64,000 nucleotides of DNA from Candidatus Woesearchaeota archaeon (GCA_964599615.1 CAZRGF010000005.1:6829-70828); one strand, 5' to 3'; counted from the first letter of the stretch, positions 25,561-36,261 are shown. Numbers and translations: made by a program. Notes: generated by a model from the letters alone, not told the origin.

Positions 25561-26478
25561 TTATTCTTTTTTCGTAAGTTGGATTATATTTAATTTCTGC
25601 CAGTATTCATAACCTTGGTGATAGTTTTTTTTCAAACCTTGGCTTCTGAGATAACTTACCCAAGATTTTGAATTCAGTATATTGTTGACTTTAAGCGGAA
25701 CTTCCATTGTCTCGAGGACTTCCATATCCATCTGGGGTTTTCTTTTAAAAATTTCATTGTAGCATAGACTCGAGACATTTATCACAAGAACCCCATTATC
25801 TGTAAGATATTTTTGACCCTCATGGATAAGATAATCCAAAAGTCCTGTTCCTTCATAAGCGTTATCTCTTATGCTTCTTGGCCTTGGGACATATGGTGGA
25901 TTGCAGATAATCAGATCAAATTTCTGATTTGCTATTTTTTTAAGGCCATCTCCTACTGAAAAAGATGCTCTTGAATCCTGAATATTTCCCTTAGCGCACT
26001 CGATTGCCAAATTATTTATATCATTAACAAGAATAGATTTAATCTCTGCCTTTGCTAGGACATATTTACTTAGAAATCCCGAACCACATCCTATCTCAAC
26101 TACCCTGCCAAATTTTCTTCTTTGTTTGAATAGTTTCCTTAAAGCTTTGGCATATACCATTGTGTCAATTGAAGGGCACCAAACTTTGGAATGTTTGCTA
26201 TCCCAAAAAACACTTACTCTATCGTAAGCAACAATTCTTGGTTTTTCATTAAATAAAGAAAATAGGGTATCTCTTAAAGTTGGAGCTAATTTTCCAATTC
26301 GATAATTATCGGTCATTAGAACTGGATTTTTAAAAGTATAAACATGGGCTTTTTTTTCAGGAGGATATTCATAAACTCTTTTTCCTTTTGACCTGTCTTT
26401 GCCCATTATGCTTGCAAGTTCATGGCCATTTGCCCAAATCTCCTCCTTTCTCAAGTCTGAGCTTACTTTGATTATCAT
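25561..26478 (-). CDS. NPPY-motif SAM methyltransferase (HemK/PrmC-like N5-glutamine or N6-adenine type)
   Basis: VVEIGCGSGFLS motif I and DLIICNPPYVP motif IV. Confidence 0.7.
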   Translation of the reverse strand: MIIKVSSDLRKEEIWANGHELASIMGKDRSKGKRVYEYPPEKKAHVYTFKNPVLMTDNYRIGKLAPTLRDTLFSLFNEKPRIVAYDRVSVFWDSKHSKVWCPSIDTMVYAKALRKLFKQRRKFGRVVEIGCGSGFLSKYVLAKAEIKSILVNDINNLAIECAKGNIQDSRASFSVGDGLKKIANQKFDLIICNPPYVPRPRSIRDNAYEGTGLLDYLIHEGQKYLTDNGVLVINVSSLCYNEIFKRKPQMDMEVLETMEVPLKVNNILNSKSWVSYLRSQGLKKNYHQGYEYWQKLNIIQLTKKE

Positions 26479-26479
26479 T

Positions 26480-27373
26480 TTAAAATTTTACAACTCTTAG
26501 TGGATTTTTGCTTAATCTGATTATAACTTTATGGCCTTTGTTCAAATCAAATAAGAATGGGCCTTCACTTCCATCTATTGAAACTATCATATTATAATCA
26601 TCTGATTTTATTGTTATTTTCTTCGCAAAACCTTGATTTAATTTGTAATGTTTTCCCATATTTTTAGGTTCCCTATTAATAAATTGCAATTCTTTTTCAT
26701 GATTTTTAAATGATTTTGAACCTTTGATATTCATGAGCCAGGCTTTCGCGCCATCTTTTGAGGAAATAACAATTCCGCTGCTTTGTTGGTATTCGGACTG
26801 GTTGTCTGTTTTTATGTAATACCTCGCCATTTGTGTGCTTTTAGGTTTTCCAACAAAAATATCATTGACTGCTAAAAATCTGCAAGTTTCTTCATTGTAG
26901 ACCATTGCTTCTGGCCTGGAAAATTTTTGGATTTTGTACTTGTTTTGCAAGAATTTTTTAAACAACTTTTTGAAGTTTTTTGAATTTGCACACATAAAAA
27001 ATCCTTTGCTTCTTTTTAGGTCTGAATTTACTCCAAAAATCAATCTTGAATCATAGATGTAGTCTGATGCTTCAATAAAAGTTCCATCTCCACCAACAGG
27101 CATGATTAAATCAATATTTTTGAAATCTGATGGTTTTAACTTAGATTTTGTTGCAATTTTGTATTTTATCTTGTTCTTTGCTAAAGTTCTTTTAACGATT
27201 TCAAGTGTATTGTAATGGGTATTGTGCTCTCTTAACAACTCTTTTGCATTCAATCTTTTTTCTTTTAGAATTTTTTTTAATTTTTCTGGATTCTTGGTTT
27301 TATATTCTTTCTTATAATAATCAAGTGCAACTTGCTTTGTTATAATCAGTACTTTTTTAATTTTTTTGTTCAT
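26480..27373 (-). CDS. nadK: NAD kinase
   Basis: MPVGGDGTFIEAS and NDIFVG motifs. Confidence 0.85.
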   Translation of the reverse strand: MNKKIKKVLIITKQVALDYYKKEYKTKNPEKLKKILKEKRLNAKELLREHNTHYNTLEIVKRTLAKNKIKYKIATKSKLKPSDFKNIDLIMPVGGDGTFIEASDYIYDSRLIFGVNSDLKRSKGFFMCANSKNFKKLFKKFLQNKYKIQKFSRPEAMVYNEETCRFLAVNDIFVGKPKSTQMARYYIKTDNQSEYQQSSGIVISSKDGAKAWLMNIKGSKSFKNHEKELQFINREPKNMGKHYKLNQGFAKKITIKSDDYNMIVSIDGSEGPFLFDLNKGHKVIIRLSKNPLRVVKF

Positions 27374-27406
27374 TTTTAATTCTGTGCCTTGCTTTTGGTA
27401 TATAAT

Positions 27407-29101
27407 CTATTTTAATTTTAAGATATAGGGCTTTTTGTCTTTTTGGATTATTGTCAGGCCATGATATTTTTTGTCATCTGTTTTAGGGAAATCCTCTCTG
27501 AAATGACAAGCTCTTGATTCTTTTCTTTCTAATGCGCTTTCGAGGATTATATTCGCAACATCAGCAATATTCCTTATTTCTAGAAAGTCTTTATTTATGA
27601 GATAATCCCAATAAAACTGATTTATATTGCCTTTTAGAGCTGAAAGCACTTGTTTTGCTGTTTCAAGTCTTTCTTGATTTCTGGAGATTCCACACAAAGA
27701 AGTCATTGTTCTTCTTACTGTCTCCCAATAATACTCTTGAGTTGTTTTGTCTCTTGCTTCTTTTGCTTTTCCTGTTTTCCATAATGGGATTTGCATTCTT
27801 GTTTTTTCTTGATCTCTTTTTGAGGTAAAATGTTTTGCAGCTGTTCTTCCGAATAAGATACATTCTGGAGCAGAATTAGATGCTAGTCTTGTTGCTCCAT
27901 GAAAACCAGTGTAAGATGCTTCCCCCATGACATAACAGTTATTTATTTTAGTCTCACTGTTTTTATCTACTAAAACACCGCCATTTGAATAATGTACAGC
28001 GTATATCACTGGAACAGGTTCTTTTGATATGTCAATGCCTTTGTTTAGACAAAATTCGTAAGCATTCTTAAAACCAGTTATTAATTTTTGTTTAGGAATC
28101 TTTGTACAATCAAGCCATAAATTCTTTAATCCAAGTCTTCTTATCTCAAGATCTTCTGCTCTTGTTACTATATCCCGAGTTGCTTTTGACCCTCTTGGGT
28201 CGTATTTCAGAACAAAATCATCAATTGAGTCTTTAGCTGTCTTTAGGATAGCTCCTTCTCCTCTCAGAGCTTCGGTTAATAAAAATCTTCTTTCTGATTC
28301 TTGAGAAGCGCTTGGGTCAAAAAAGACAGTTGGGTGAAATTGTACAAATTCCATGTTTGCTAAAGGCAACCCCATTCTGTAACACATTGCAAAACCATCT
28401 CCTGTTGAGATGTCTGAATTTGATGTATACGTAAAGACTTTTCCTAAACCCCCTGTTGCAATAAATGTTGCTTTACTTGAAACTGTTTTTACAATATTTT
28501 GATTTATGTCATAAACATAAAGTCCCAAACAAATATCTTTTTCTTTTTTTGTTTTTTTTAATTTATTCCTGGTTACTAAATCAATTGCCATATGATTCTC
28601 ATGAACCTTTATGTTTGGATGATTTTTTACTAAATTAGTAAGACTAGACATAATCATCTCGCCAGTTTTGTCACTTGCATGAAAAACCCTTCTGGTGGTA
28701 TGGCCTCCTTCTTTGTGAAGGTCATATTCATAGAATTCTGGACCTTTCGGATTACTAGGGGATTTGTCAAATTCTACGCCTTGTTTGACAAGCCACCCTA
28801 TAACCTCATTAAAGAAACTTTCAACACAGAATTTGACTGTTGCAGGGTTGTTAAGATATTTTCCTGCTGCAATTGTCTCTTGTACGTGTTTTTCATAAGA
28901 ATCTCCTTCAAGGATTTTGCCGTCTTTTAGAGGAACTGCGGCTAATCCCCCTGCAGTCAAGTAACTATTGCTGTCTTTCAATAATTTTGCCTTAACAAAT
29001 AAATCCACTTTTTTGCCAGAATTGGCAAGCTCTAATGCAGCTGAACAACCAGCAAATCCGCCACCAATAACTGCACAATCTGTTTTTATTAACCCATCCA
29101 T
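27407..29101 (-). CDS. nadB: L-aspartate oxidase
   Basis: FAD dinucleotide fold DCAVIGGGFAGCSAALELA, VQFHPT and LYVMGEASYTGFHGATRLASNS blocks. Confidence 0.9.
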   Translation of the reverse strand: MDGLIKTDCAVIGGGFAGCSAALELANSGKKVDLFVKAKLLKDSNSYLTAGGLAAVPLKDGKILEGDSYEKHVQETIAAGKYLNNPATVKFCVESFFNEVIGWLVKQGVEFDKSPSNPKGPEFYEYDLHKEGGHTTRRVFHASDKTGEMIMSSLTNLVKNHPNIKVHENHMAIDLVTRNKLKKTKKEKDICLGLYVYDINQNIVKTVSSKATFIATGGLGKVFTYTSNSDISTGDGFAMCYRMGLPLANMEFVQFHPTVFFDPSASQESERRFLLTEALRGEGAILKTAKDSIDDFVLKYDPRGSKATRDIVTRAEDLEIRRLGLKNLWLDCTKIPKQKLITGFKNAYEFCLNKGIDISKEPVPVIYAVHYSNGGVLVDKNSETKINNCYVMGEASYTGFHGATRLASNSAPECILFGRTAAKHFTSKRDQEKTRMQIPLWKTGKAKEARDKTTQEYYWETVRRTMTSLCGISRNQERLETAKQVLSALKGNINQFYWDYLINKDFLEIRNIADVANIILESALERKESRACHFREDFPKTDDKKYHGLTIIQKDKKPYILKLK

Positions 29102-29124
29102 TTTTAACTCTGTTTTATTTAATT

Positions 29125-31086
29125 TTAATTATTCTTTGGTTTATATTCTTTCATCAATAATACCTTTTTCTTTAATTCTAAATATTTTTTTGATTGCGTA
29201 TAAGGCAAGATACTTTCTCTTACATCATATCCATAGGCTGATTTACTTGTAATGATTATTGGAGGTGACTGGACTCTTTTGAAGACACTTACTTGTATTG
29301 ATCTGTCAAACCATTCTAAGTCTTTCACAAACTCAGCAGGATTGTCTATGTTCCATCTTTTAATCAGTTCTAGATTGATTCTTAATTTTTGTTCAATTTC
29401 TCCATCCAAATACCATTGCATTATCTTTTCTGCACTTTTTTTCTGATAATCGGTAAATGCTTCAAGCAAAGCATCATGGTATAAGAATTTCATTGGGTCA
29501 ACTTGGTTGTCTTTCAATTCTGCACTTGGTTGAATTTGTTCTTCCCGAAATTGCCATAATTCATTTGGAATAAGCAATTTTGAGATAATCTGTTTTTTGA
29601 ATATTTTTTCATTCAAGAATACTGCTAATTCAACAACTTCTGCTTTTGTTAGGTCTGCTATTGGCGCTATTGCTCCACCAACATCCCCATATAAGGTAGT
29701 ATAACCAAGGGCTGTTTCTAATTTGTTGCCGTTGTTTGTGAATAGACCATCATATTTAGCTGCTAAATTGGATAATATTGAAGTTGCCCTAATCTTAGCT
29801 TGAATATTCTCTATATTGCTAATTGTCAGTTGCTTCTTATCCCCATAGACATCTGCTCCATTCAACAGTTTTTGGTTTAAGACAGACATATCTTCTATGG
29901 GGATTACAACATATTTTATCCCTAATTTGTCTGCAACTTCTTTTGCAACACCCTTTGTTTTTTGGCTGTTGTATTTTGAGGGCATATTTACTCCAATAAC
30001 TTTTTCTTTTCCAACTGCCTTTACTAATAAACAAGCTACAACACTTGAGTCAATTCCTCCTGACAAGCCAATCATATAGCTGGGTTGTTCTGTCCAGTTA
30101 AGTAAATCTTTTTGTGACCTGATTCCTTGGATTATTGATTCATATTTTTGTTCAATTTTTGATTTTTCAATTCTTTTAGTTGGATTTTTATTAAAATCTC
30201 CTTGTTCAACAATGATTAGTTCTTGTTCATGGGGTTTTTGGCTTAAAATTATTGGCAATCCTTCTAGGTTATAGACTGTTGAGCCACCATCAAAAGTGAT
30301 TATATCTTTCCCATTGTTCTGGACTCCAACACAGTTGATATAAAAGAAAGGTTTGAATTCTTTGCAATCTTCTTTTATAAATAAAACTCTTCTGTCTCTA
30401 GCACTGTTCTTGCCATAGGTCCATGGAGATGAGGATAAGTTGCAGATTAAGTCTGAACCATTGTCAATCAGTATTTTTGTTAGGTTTAGTGGCTTTAATT
30501 TTCTTCTATAATCTTCGCACCATAGATCTTCACAAAGTTCAAATCCTATGTTCGTTTTTTTTCCTTTAATGTCTAATATAAAAGGTTGTACAAGTTCTTC
30601 AATTTCAACATCATAATCAAGTGCAATGTCCTTTAAAGAGAAAAAATATCTTTCATCATCAAAAATCCTGTAATTGGGAAGCAGATTTTTTGGTTGTATG
30701 CCCTCTGGAATTATTTTAGTCTCTTTAGCTTTTAAACATGGTTTTTCATTCTGAAAAACATAGATAGCATTGTATTTTCTTACTCTCCCATCTTTGTTAG
30801 GATGCCAGTTTTTATTACTTGCTTCTTTATCCACGTATACATTCCCATATGCTATTGCTATGCCTTTTGACGCTTTTTTTAGGAGTTCATTAAATGACAT
30901 TAAATTAAGACAATAATCTTCATCAAGCCATTTATCCCCAAGAAAATAACCTCCTACACACATCTCTGGGAAAACAATAAGGTCAACTTTTTTTTCTTTT
31001 GCTGATTTAATCTCTTCTAGCATATTTGCTACATTTTTTTCAGGCATGCCTGGAATTACATTCATCTGGGCTAGTGCTATTTTCAT
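29125..31086 (-). CDS. nadE: glutamine-dependent NAD+ synthetase (CN-hydrolase plus NAD synthase domains)
   Basis: KIALAQMN...VFPEM nitrilase-like N-terminus. PP-loop GLSGGIDSSV. Confidence 0.9.
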   Translation of the reverse strand: MKIALAQMNVIPGMPEKNVANMLEEIKSAKEKKVDLIVFPEMCVGGYFLGDKWLDEDYCLNLMSFNELLKKASKGIAIAYGNVYVDKEASNKNWHPNKDGRVRKYNAIYVFQNEKPCLKAKETKIIPEGIQPKNLLPNYRIFDDERYFFSLKDIALDYDVEIEELVQPFILDIKGKKTNIGFELCEDLWCEDYRRKLKPLNLTKILIDNGSDLICNLSSSPWTYGKNSARDRRVLFIKEDCKEFKPFFYINCVGVQNNGKDIITFDGGSTVYNLEGLPIILSQKPHEQELIIVEQGDFNKNPTKRIEKSKIEQKYESIIQGIRSQKDLLNWTEQPSYMIGLSGGIDSSVVACLLVKAVGKEKVIGVNMPSKYNSQKTKGVAKEVADKLGIKYVVIPIEDMSVLNQKLLNGADVYGDKKQLTISNIENIQAKIRATSILSNLAAKYDGLFTNNGNKLETALGYTTLYGDVGGAIAPIADLTKAEVVELAVFLNEKIFKKQIISKLLIPNELWQFREEQIQPSAELKDNQVDPMKFLYHDALLEAFTDYQKKSAEKIMQWYLDGEIEQKLRINLELIKRWNIDNPAEFVKDLEWFDRSIQVSVFKRVQSPPIIITSKSAYGYDVRESILPYTQSKKYLELKKKVLLMKEYKPKNN

Positions 31087-32117
31087 TTTTTTAATTCGTA
31101 GATTCTTACGGCTGCTTTAGTTATTTTATCAAGGTTTTGTATATTTAAAAGATTTTTCGGAAAAATCATGCCGTTTTTTGAACCACATAAAGCACCATAA
31201 ATTGCTCCGGTGGTGTCACAATCTCCTCCGTAATTCACTGTTTCGATTAATCCTTGCAGTGGATTTTCCCAATATTTTTGAAACATAAACAAAGCAAAAG
31301 GATATGATTCATAAACTCTGCCTGAATTACCTAATTCTTGAAACGCTTGTTTCTCTGATGCATCCCGATTATTGTTAATCCATTCTAGTTTTGAAGTTAA
31401 ACTAGGTAATTTAATTTCTTGTGTTGATTTGTCAAGAGTTTCATTTGTCTGGCTTACTTTTTCAAGAGAATCTAGAAAATTTTCTTTTGTTGGATTTCGG
31501 AGAAGAGTGTAGATACAATGTGATTGGACAGCTCCACTTGCTATTGATCTGTGGTCTAAGTGAGTTATTCTAGAAATTAGGTTTGAAAATTGAATTCCTT
31601 TTTCATATGAGTTTGTTGCATCCATATACAATCCAAGAGGAGACATCTTCATTGCAGGAGCATTTCCTGGGCCCCCAATAATTCCAGACTCTAGTGGGCT
31701 TTTTCCAGTTCTTAAATTATTGAAAGCTAGTCTTGTTGTTGTTCCAAATCCCCCTTTTACATGCCCATCTGGTTGAATGCATAGTTCATATGCTTCTAAT
31801 TGTTTTTTTGCAATATCCTTCAAATCCAGAGATTTTTTTTCTGCGATTGATTCTGCAAGAGCTAGAGTCAAGATTGTGTCATCAGTGTATTCTCCTCTTT
31901 TCAGGTCTCTGGTCAGATATCTTAATCTGCCAAATTCATCTTTTCTTATGAATTCTCCTTTAGAATCTTTTAGCAAGACAGGATAAATCAAATCAGTTAT
32001 TCTGCCTACATATTTCTGAATCTGTTCTCTTTTCCAAGATTCTACAGGCATGCCTAGAGAATCTCCCACAGCACAACCAACTAAAGTCGCGATATATTTT
32101 TCTTTTAAGTTAGTCAT
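31083..32117 (-). CDS. ADP-ribosylglycohydrolase family protein
   Basis: GCAVGDSLGMPVE and GGDCDTTGAIYGAL signature blocks. Confidence 0.85.
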   Translation of the reverse strand: MTNLKEKYIATLVGCAVGDSLGMPVESWKREQIQKYVGRITDLIYPVLLKDSKGEFIRKDEFGRLRYLTRDLKRGEYTDDTILTLALAESIAEKKSLDLKDIAKKQLEAYELCIQPDGHVKGGFGTTTRLAFNNLRTGKSPLESGIIGGPGNAPAMKMSPLGLYMDATNSYEKGIQFSNLISRITHLDHRSIASGAVQSHCIYTLLRNPTKENFLDSLEKVSQTNETLDKSTQEIKLPSLTSKLEWINNNRDASEKQAFQELGNSGRVYESYPFALFMFQKYWENPLQGLIETVNYGGDCDTTGAIYGALCGSKNGMIFPKNLLNIQNLDKITKAAVRIYELKK

Positions 32118-32938
32118 TTTACAACATCTAAGCTTATGTCCAATGCTTTTGCTGAATGGGTAATAAAGCCAGTAGAAGCATAATCTGCACCTGTTCTGGA
32201 GATGTCTTTTATTCTGTCCAGTTTTACACCACCAGAAATCTCGGTCTTTGCTCTTTTATTAATAAATTTGACTGCTTTCTTTATTTCTTCAATTGACATA
32301 TTATCTAGTAAAATAATCTCTGCTCTTGCTTCTAAAGCTTCTTCAATCTCTTTCATACTTGTTGTTTCAACTTCAATTGTTTTTGATTTTCTTGAGTTTC
32401 TTGCTCTTCTTATTGCTTCTCCAACGCTGCCAGCAATCTGGATATGATTATCTTTAATCAAAATAGCGTCATATAAACCAAATCTATGGTTTGTTCCTCC
32501 CCCGATCTTGACAGCATATTTTTCTAGAATCCTTAAATTTGGGATTGTTTTTCTAGTGTCTAAAATTTTTACATTTCCAGAAAGTTTGACAAATCCATTT
32601 GTTATTGTTGCTATTCCAGACATCCTCTGCAATAGGTTCAAGGCAACCCTTTCTCCTGACAAAATTGCTCTTGCTTTTCCTCTTATTCTCGCTATTATCT
32701 GGCCTTTTTTTACTTTAGAACCATCTTCAACAAGTTTTTCGAAGTAAATTTGCTTGTCAAGTTTTCTGAAAACTTCTCTGGCAACATCTAAGCCAGCGAT
32801 GATTCCATTTTCTTTCACTAAAAGAACTGCTTTTGTCATCAAATCTTTTGGAACAATTGAATTTGTTGTTATATCCTCTTTTCCAATATCTTCTTTCAGA
32901 GCATTTTCAATTATCTTGTTTATTTGTCTGTTTATCAT
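32114..32938 (-). CDS. nadC: quinolinate phosphoribosyltransferase (nicotinate-nucleotide pyrophosphorylase)
   Basis: LDTRKTIPNLRILEKYAVKIGGGTNHRFGLYDAILIKDNH. Confidence 0.92.
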   Translation of the reverse strand: MINRQINKIIENALKEDIGKEDITTNSIVPKDLMTKAVLLVKENGIIAGLDVAREVFRKLDKQIYFEKLVEDGSKVKKGQIIARIRGKARAILSGERVALNLLQRMSGIATITNGFVKLSGNVKILDTRKTIPNLRILEKYAVKIGGGTNHRFGLYDAILIKDNHIQIAGSVGEAIRRARNSRKSKTIEVETTSMKEIEEALEARAEIILLDNMSIEEIKKAVKFINKRAKTEISGGVKLDRIKDISRTGADYASTGFITHSAKALDISLDVVK

Positions 32939-32942
32939 TTTA

Positions 32943-33572
32943 TTATTGTAGTGCTTCCTTTAATTTTTTGATTAATTTAACTGCTTCTTCTACATCAATA
33001 AATTCAGTTTTGTGCAAAACCATTTTAGGGTTTAAGGTTAAAAACAAACTTATCAATCTTGATTGTTGTTCATATTTTTTATCTTTTTTATTTAAAGTTG
33101 GTGAACTCAAATAATCTAGGTCTACATTATTTACTATTTTCTTTGTTACCCCATCACCTGAAAATGCACTTTTGTCTTCTTCAAGTATATCTGCAATTCC
33201 GCTCATTATCCATCTACCAGTATACTGGCCAATTGCCCCTTCAAAATGTGGGACTTCTGAAAAGTAAGCATTCTCATCTATTAAGACTTCTAACATGCCA
33301 AATTCAAAATTTTTTAGATTTTCCCCTATTTCTGGGACAATTTTTCTAGCTTTATCAAAAAAACAGTAAACATTTAAGATTTCTTCTAAATAATCTCCGT
33401 CTCTTGGGTTTGACCAATAAAATCCCTTATTTTTGCTAATCAAATCTAATAAATAATTCTTACATGCTTCAGGGCTAGTTAATGTGGTAAGTGCTTTGTC
33501 CATAGAATAATAATAAGTTATTCTTTCTTTCTTTTGCCCCTCTATTTTCTCAATTAATTCCTGATTGCTCAT
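32943..33572 (-). CDS. hypothetical protein wedged between nadA and nadC
   Basis: 209-aa ORF with a 4-nt overlap with nadA. No motif recognised. Confidence 0.55.
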   Translation of the reverse strand: MSNQELIEKIEGQKKERITYYYSMDKALTTLTSPEACKNYLLDLISKNKGFYWSNPRDGDYLEEILNVYCFFDKARKIVPEIGENLKNFEFGMLEVLIDENAYFSEVPHFEGAIGQYTGRWIMSGIADILEEDKSAFSGDGVTKKIVNNVDLDYLSSPTLNKKDKKYEQQSRLISLFLTLNPKMVLHKTEFIDVEEAVKLIKKLKEALQ

Positions 33573-34483
33573 TTTGAAACCTCTAGCATCTTTTGGATTG
33601 CTTTAATTGATTTTTTTGAAATGTCTTCTGGAACTCGAACTTCATGTTCTTCTGGATTTTTCAAAGCATCCAGGACTTTTGGGAGAGTTGTTTTTTTCAT
33701 ATTTGGGCATACAGCTAAAGGAGAAACATGATAGAATTTCTTTTTTGGATTCTGTTTTTGCATCTGATAAACTATGCCCAACTCTGTTGCTATTATAAAT
33801 TCCTTGCAAGAATTTTCTTTCACTATTTTTATCATCTGTCCTGTGCTCAGAACAAAGTCAGATGCTGCTTTTACAGGGATTGAACATTCTGGATGGCATA
33901 GGGCAAGGGCTTTTGGATGTTGTTTCTTAAGCTCTTTTATATGGGTGTCTAGAATTCTAGCGTGTGTAGAGCAATAGCCTTGGCAAAATATAAATTTTTT
34001 ATTGCTTTTTCTTGCAACCCACTCACCAAGATACTTGTCTGGAACAAAGATTATTTCTTCACAATCTAAGGAATCAATAACTTTCTGGGCATTTGAGGAG
34101 GTGCAGCAAATATCTGATTCAGATTTTATTGCAGCTGTTGTGTTGACATAACAAACAACTTTTGCGTTGGGATGCTCTTTTTTTAATTCTCTTAATATTT
34201 TAAGGTCAATCATGTCAGCCATTGGACAGCCAGCTGTCAAGTCAGGCATAACAACTGTTTTTTCAGGATTTAGGATTTTAGCTGTTTCTGCCATGAAATG
34301 AACCCCGCAAAAGACAATCATCTTTGCTTTTGTTTTTGCAGCTTCTTGTGCTAGTTGTAGAGAATCTCCGGTAAAATCTGCAATATCCTGGACTTCAGGA
34401 AGTTGGTAATTGTGGACTAAGATAACTGCATTTTTTTCTTTTTTCAGTTTTATTATCTTGTCTATTATTTTTTGATTTTCCAT
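33569..34483 (-). CDS. nadA: quinolinate synthase
   Basis: VILVHNYQLPEVQDIADFTGDSLQLA, CGVHFMAET and conserved Cys positions. Confidence 0.92.
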   Translation of the reverse strand: MENQKIIDKIIKLKKEKNAVILVHNYQLPEVQDIADFTGDSLQLAQEAAKTKAKMIVFCGVHFMAETAKILNPEKTVVMPDLTAGCPMADMIDLKILRELKKEHPNAKVVCYVNTTAAIKSESDICCTSSNAQKVIDSLDCEEIIFVPDKYLGEWVARKSNKKFIFCQGYCSTHARILDTHIKELKKQHPKALALCHPECSIPVKAASDFVLSTGQMIKIVKENSCKEFIIATELGIVYQMQKQNPKKKFYHVSPLAVCPNMKKTTLPKVLDALKNPEEHEVRVPEDISKKSIKAIQKMLEVSK

Positions 34484-34485
34484 TT

Positions 34486-35514
34486 TTATCCTAAAACTTC
34501 AGGTTTTTGACATTTTAATATTTTCTCAACTTCCCCTACAGCTTGTTTAAATCTTGAATCCCAATCATCGCCAGTTATAACTGAATATTTTCTTCCTCTA
34601 GCTTCTAATTCAACAATACACCTTTCTAAAGAAAGTTGCCTTTTGTCTCCGCCATATCTTTGTTTGTCTGAAGTAAAAGGAACATTCTCATTTAAAACAA
34701 GATAGCGGTCATATGTTTCTTTCTTAGATTCTTGTTTTATCCATTCAGGACATTTGCCAAATAAAATGTTCCCCCAAATTTCAGTTGTAAGCAGATCTGT
34801 GTCGCAGAATAATACCTTATTTGCCTGTTTGGCAAGTGCTTCTTCAGAAGCTATCTGCCCACGAGCAATAAGTGAGAGATCTTTATAATCCACTGTGCCT
34901 TTTCTTTTCCCTTCTTTTAGATCTAACAGACTTCGAGCATATTCTTTTACATGTACTGTATCAAAGTGTTTTGCTAAATTTTCTGCTAGCATGGACTTTC
35001 CAGTTGATTCAGGGCCAAAGATACAGACTCTTTTGACAAAATATGGCTTAACTGGAACAGGGATATACTGCCAGTTTTTTATAGGGTCTTGTCTGATCTC
35101 TGTGCCCGAGATTGGAACAAGCTCTCTTGTGTGGCTGACGGGGATATATTTCATTCCGAAAAGTGTAGCTAATGGAATTCCGTAAGATTCGCAGGCAAAT
35201 AAATACTGCGCTGGTTTGTCTGAAAGATAACCAGAAATAGCTGATTTCCATTTTCTCCAGAATTCTAGATCATCCTTTGGTTCAGAAGGGAAATCGTCAT
35301 GATACATGTGTTGTACATTAACTCCTGGGAATAATTCTTTCATCCATTTATATCTTAGATGCCCCGGAATAGGTTCGGATTTTAGAGAACAAACCAGCAC
35401 ATGAAGTTCATCTACATAATTTCTTGCAAAATCAACAAGATATTGATGTCCTAAATGAGGGGGCATAAATTTACCGATAATCAAACCACTTGTTTTTCTT
35501 GAATTGATTGTCAT
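34486..35514 (-). CDS. nadR: NadR-type bifunctional NMN adenylyltransferase / ribosylnicotinamide kinase (no HTH)
   Basis: GKFMPPHLGHQYL (HxGH) and Walker A FGPESTGKSMLA. Confidence 0.85.
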   Translation of the reverse strand: MTINSRKTSGLIIGKFMPPHLGHQYLVDFARNYVDELHVLVCSLKSEPIPGHLRYKWMKELFPGVNVQHMYHDDFPSEPKDDLEFWRKWKSAISGYLSDKPAQYLFACESYGIPLATLFGMKYIPVSHTRELVPISGTEIRQDPIKNWQYIPVPVKPYFVKRVCIFGPESTGKSMLAENLAKHFDTVHVKEYARSLLDLKEGKRKGTVDYKDLSLIARGQIASEEALAKQANKVLFCDTDLLTTEIWGNILFGKCPEWIKQESKKETYDRYLVLNENVPFTSDKQRYGGDKRQLSLERCIVELEARGRKYSVITGDDWDSRFKQAVGEVEKILKCQKPEVLG

Positions 35515-36245
35515 TTTCTAAACCTCGCTGGTTCAGTTTTTTCTATTTTTCTCCAATTATAATATCCATAAAAAGCGTTTGTCAAAAATGCAACCCACAT
35601 GATTAAAATGCTCACATCATTTCCTGTATTTACTAGGACATAAACCCACATGCTAATTGAAACAATGTCCCCAATTATCCAGATAATCCACTGCTCTTTC
35701 GCCCTTCTGACTGTAAGAATCATGCCTGTTATTGAAAGAACTGTCGATGATGCGTCTACAAAAGGCAATTGTCCGCCCCAGCTCTTTAAAATAAGACCAT
35801 AAACAATGATTGCTATTGCTGAAAGTAAAAACCAGAAGATAACTTCTTTTGTATTGATTTTTTTAATAAGTGCTGTATCAATCTTTTTCTGGTCTCTATT
35901 TTTATACCAATAATATATCCCTGCGACACACATTGGTAAGAAGTATACCAGATTCAAGATAACTTCTCCATAATATCTGTTCTGGAAAGCAATGTAAGCG
36001 TATAACACTACTTGTATAATGCCAAAATAATAATTGCTAATCCTTACTTTAGAAGTCAAAATTACACAGATAATTCCTGTTACAGATGCGATTAATCCAA
36101 TGACTGTATCATGCATTACAAAAAACAGATAAAAATCTAAAATAATAAAGGAAATCAACCAAATTGTCTGAAAAACTGTCCAGTCTTTGAAGTAATCTAT
36201 AATAAATTTCTTGAAATTCTTCTTTGTTTTATGGTTTAATTTCAT
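35511..36245 (-). CDS. pnuC: nicotinamide riboside transporter PnuC
   Basis: Seven hydrophobic helices. SNYYFGIIQVVLYAYIAFQNRYYGE and WIIWIIGD blocks are typical of PnuC. Overlaps nadR by 4 nt. Confidence 0.8.
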   Translation of the reverse strand: MKLNHKTKKNFKKFIIDYFKDWTVFQTIWLISFIILDFYLFFVMHDTVIGLIASVTGIICVILTSKVRISNYYFGIIQVVLYAYIAFQNRYYGEVILNLVYFLPMCVAGIYYWYKNRDQKKIDTALIKKINTKEVIFWFLLSAIAIIVYGLILKSWGGQLPFVDASSTVLSITGMILTVRRAKEQWIIWIIGDIVSISMWVYVLVNTGNDVSILIMWVAFLTNAFYGYYNWRKIEKTEPARFRK

Positions 36246-36261
36246 TTTATCTACGGTCTAT

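Noticed and set aside
28679-33349. Numerous 60-100-aa plus-strand ORFs inside nadB, nadE, ARH, nadC and 32943-33572, and similar ones inside adk, proS, eno and others
   Set aside because: They are shadow frames antisense to strongly supported enzymes. They are rich in F/L/S/I and lack start-site signals.
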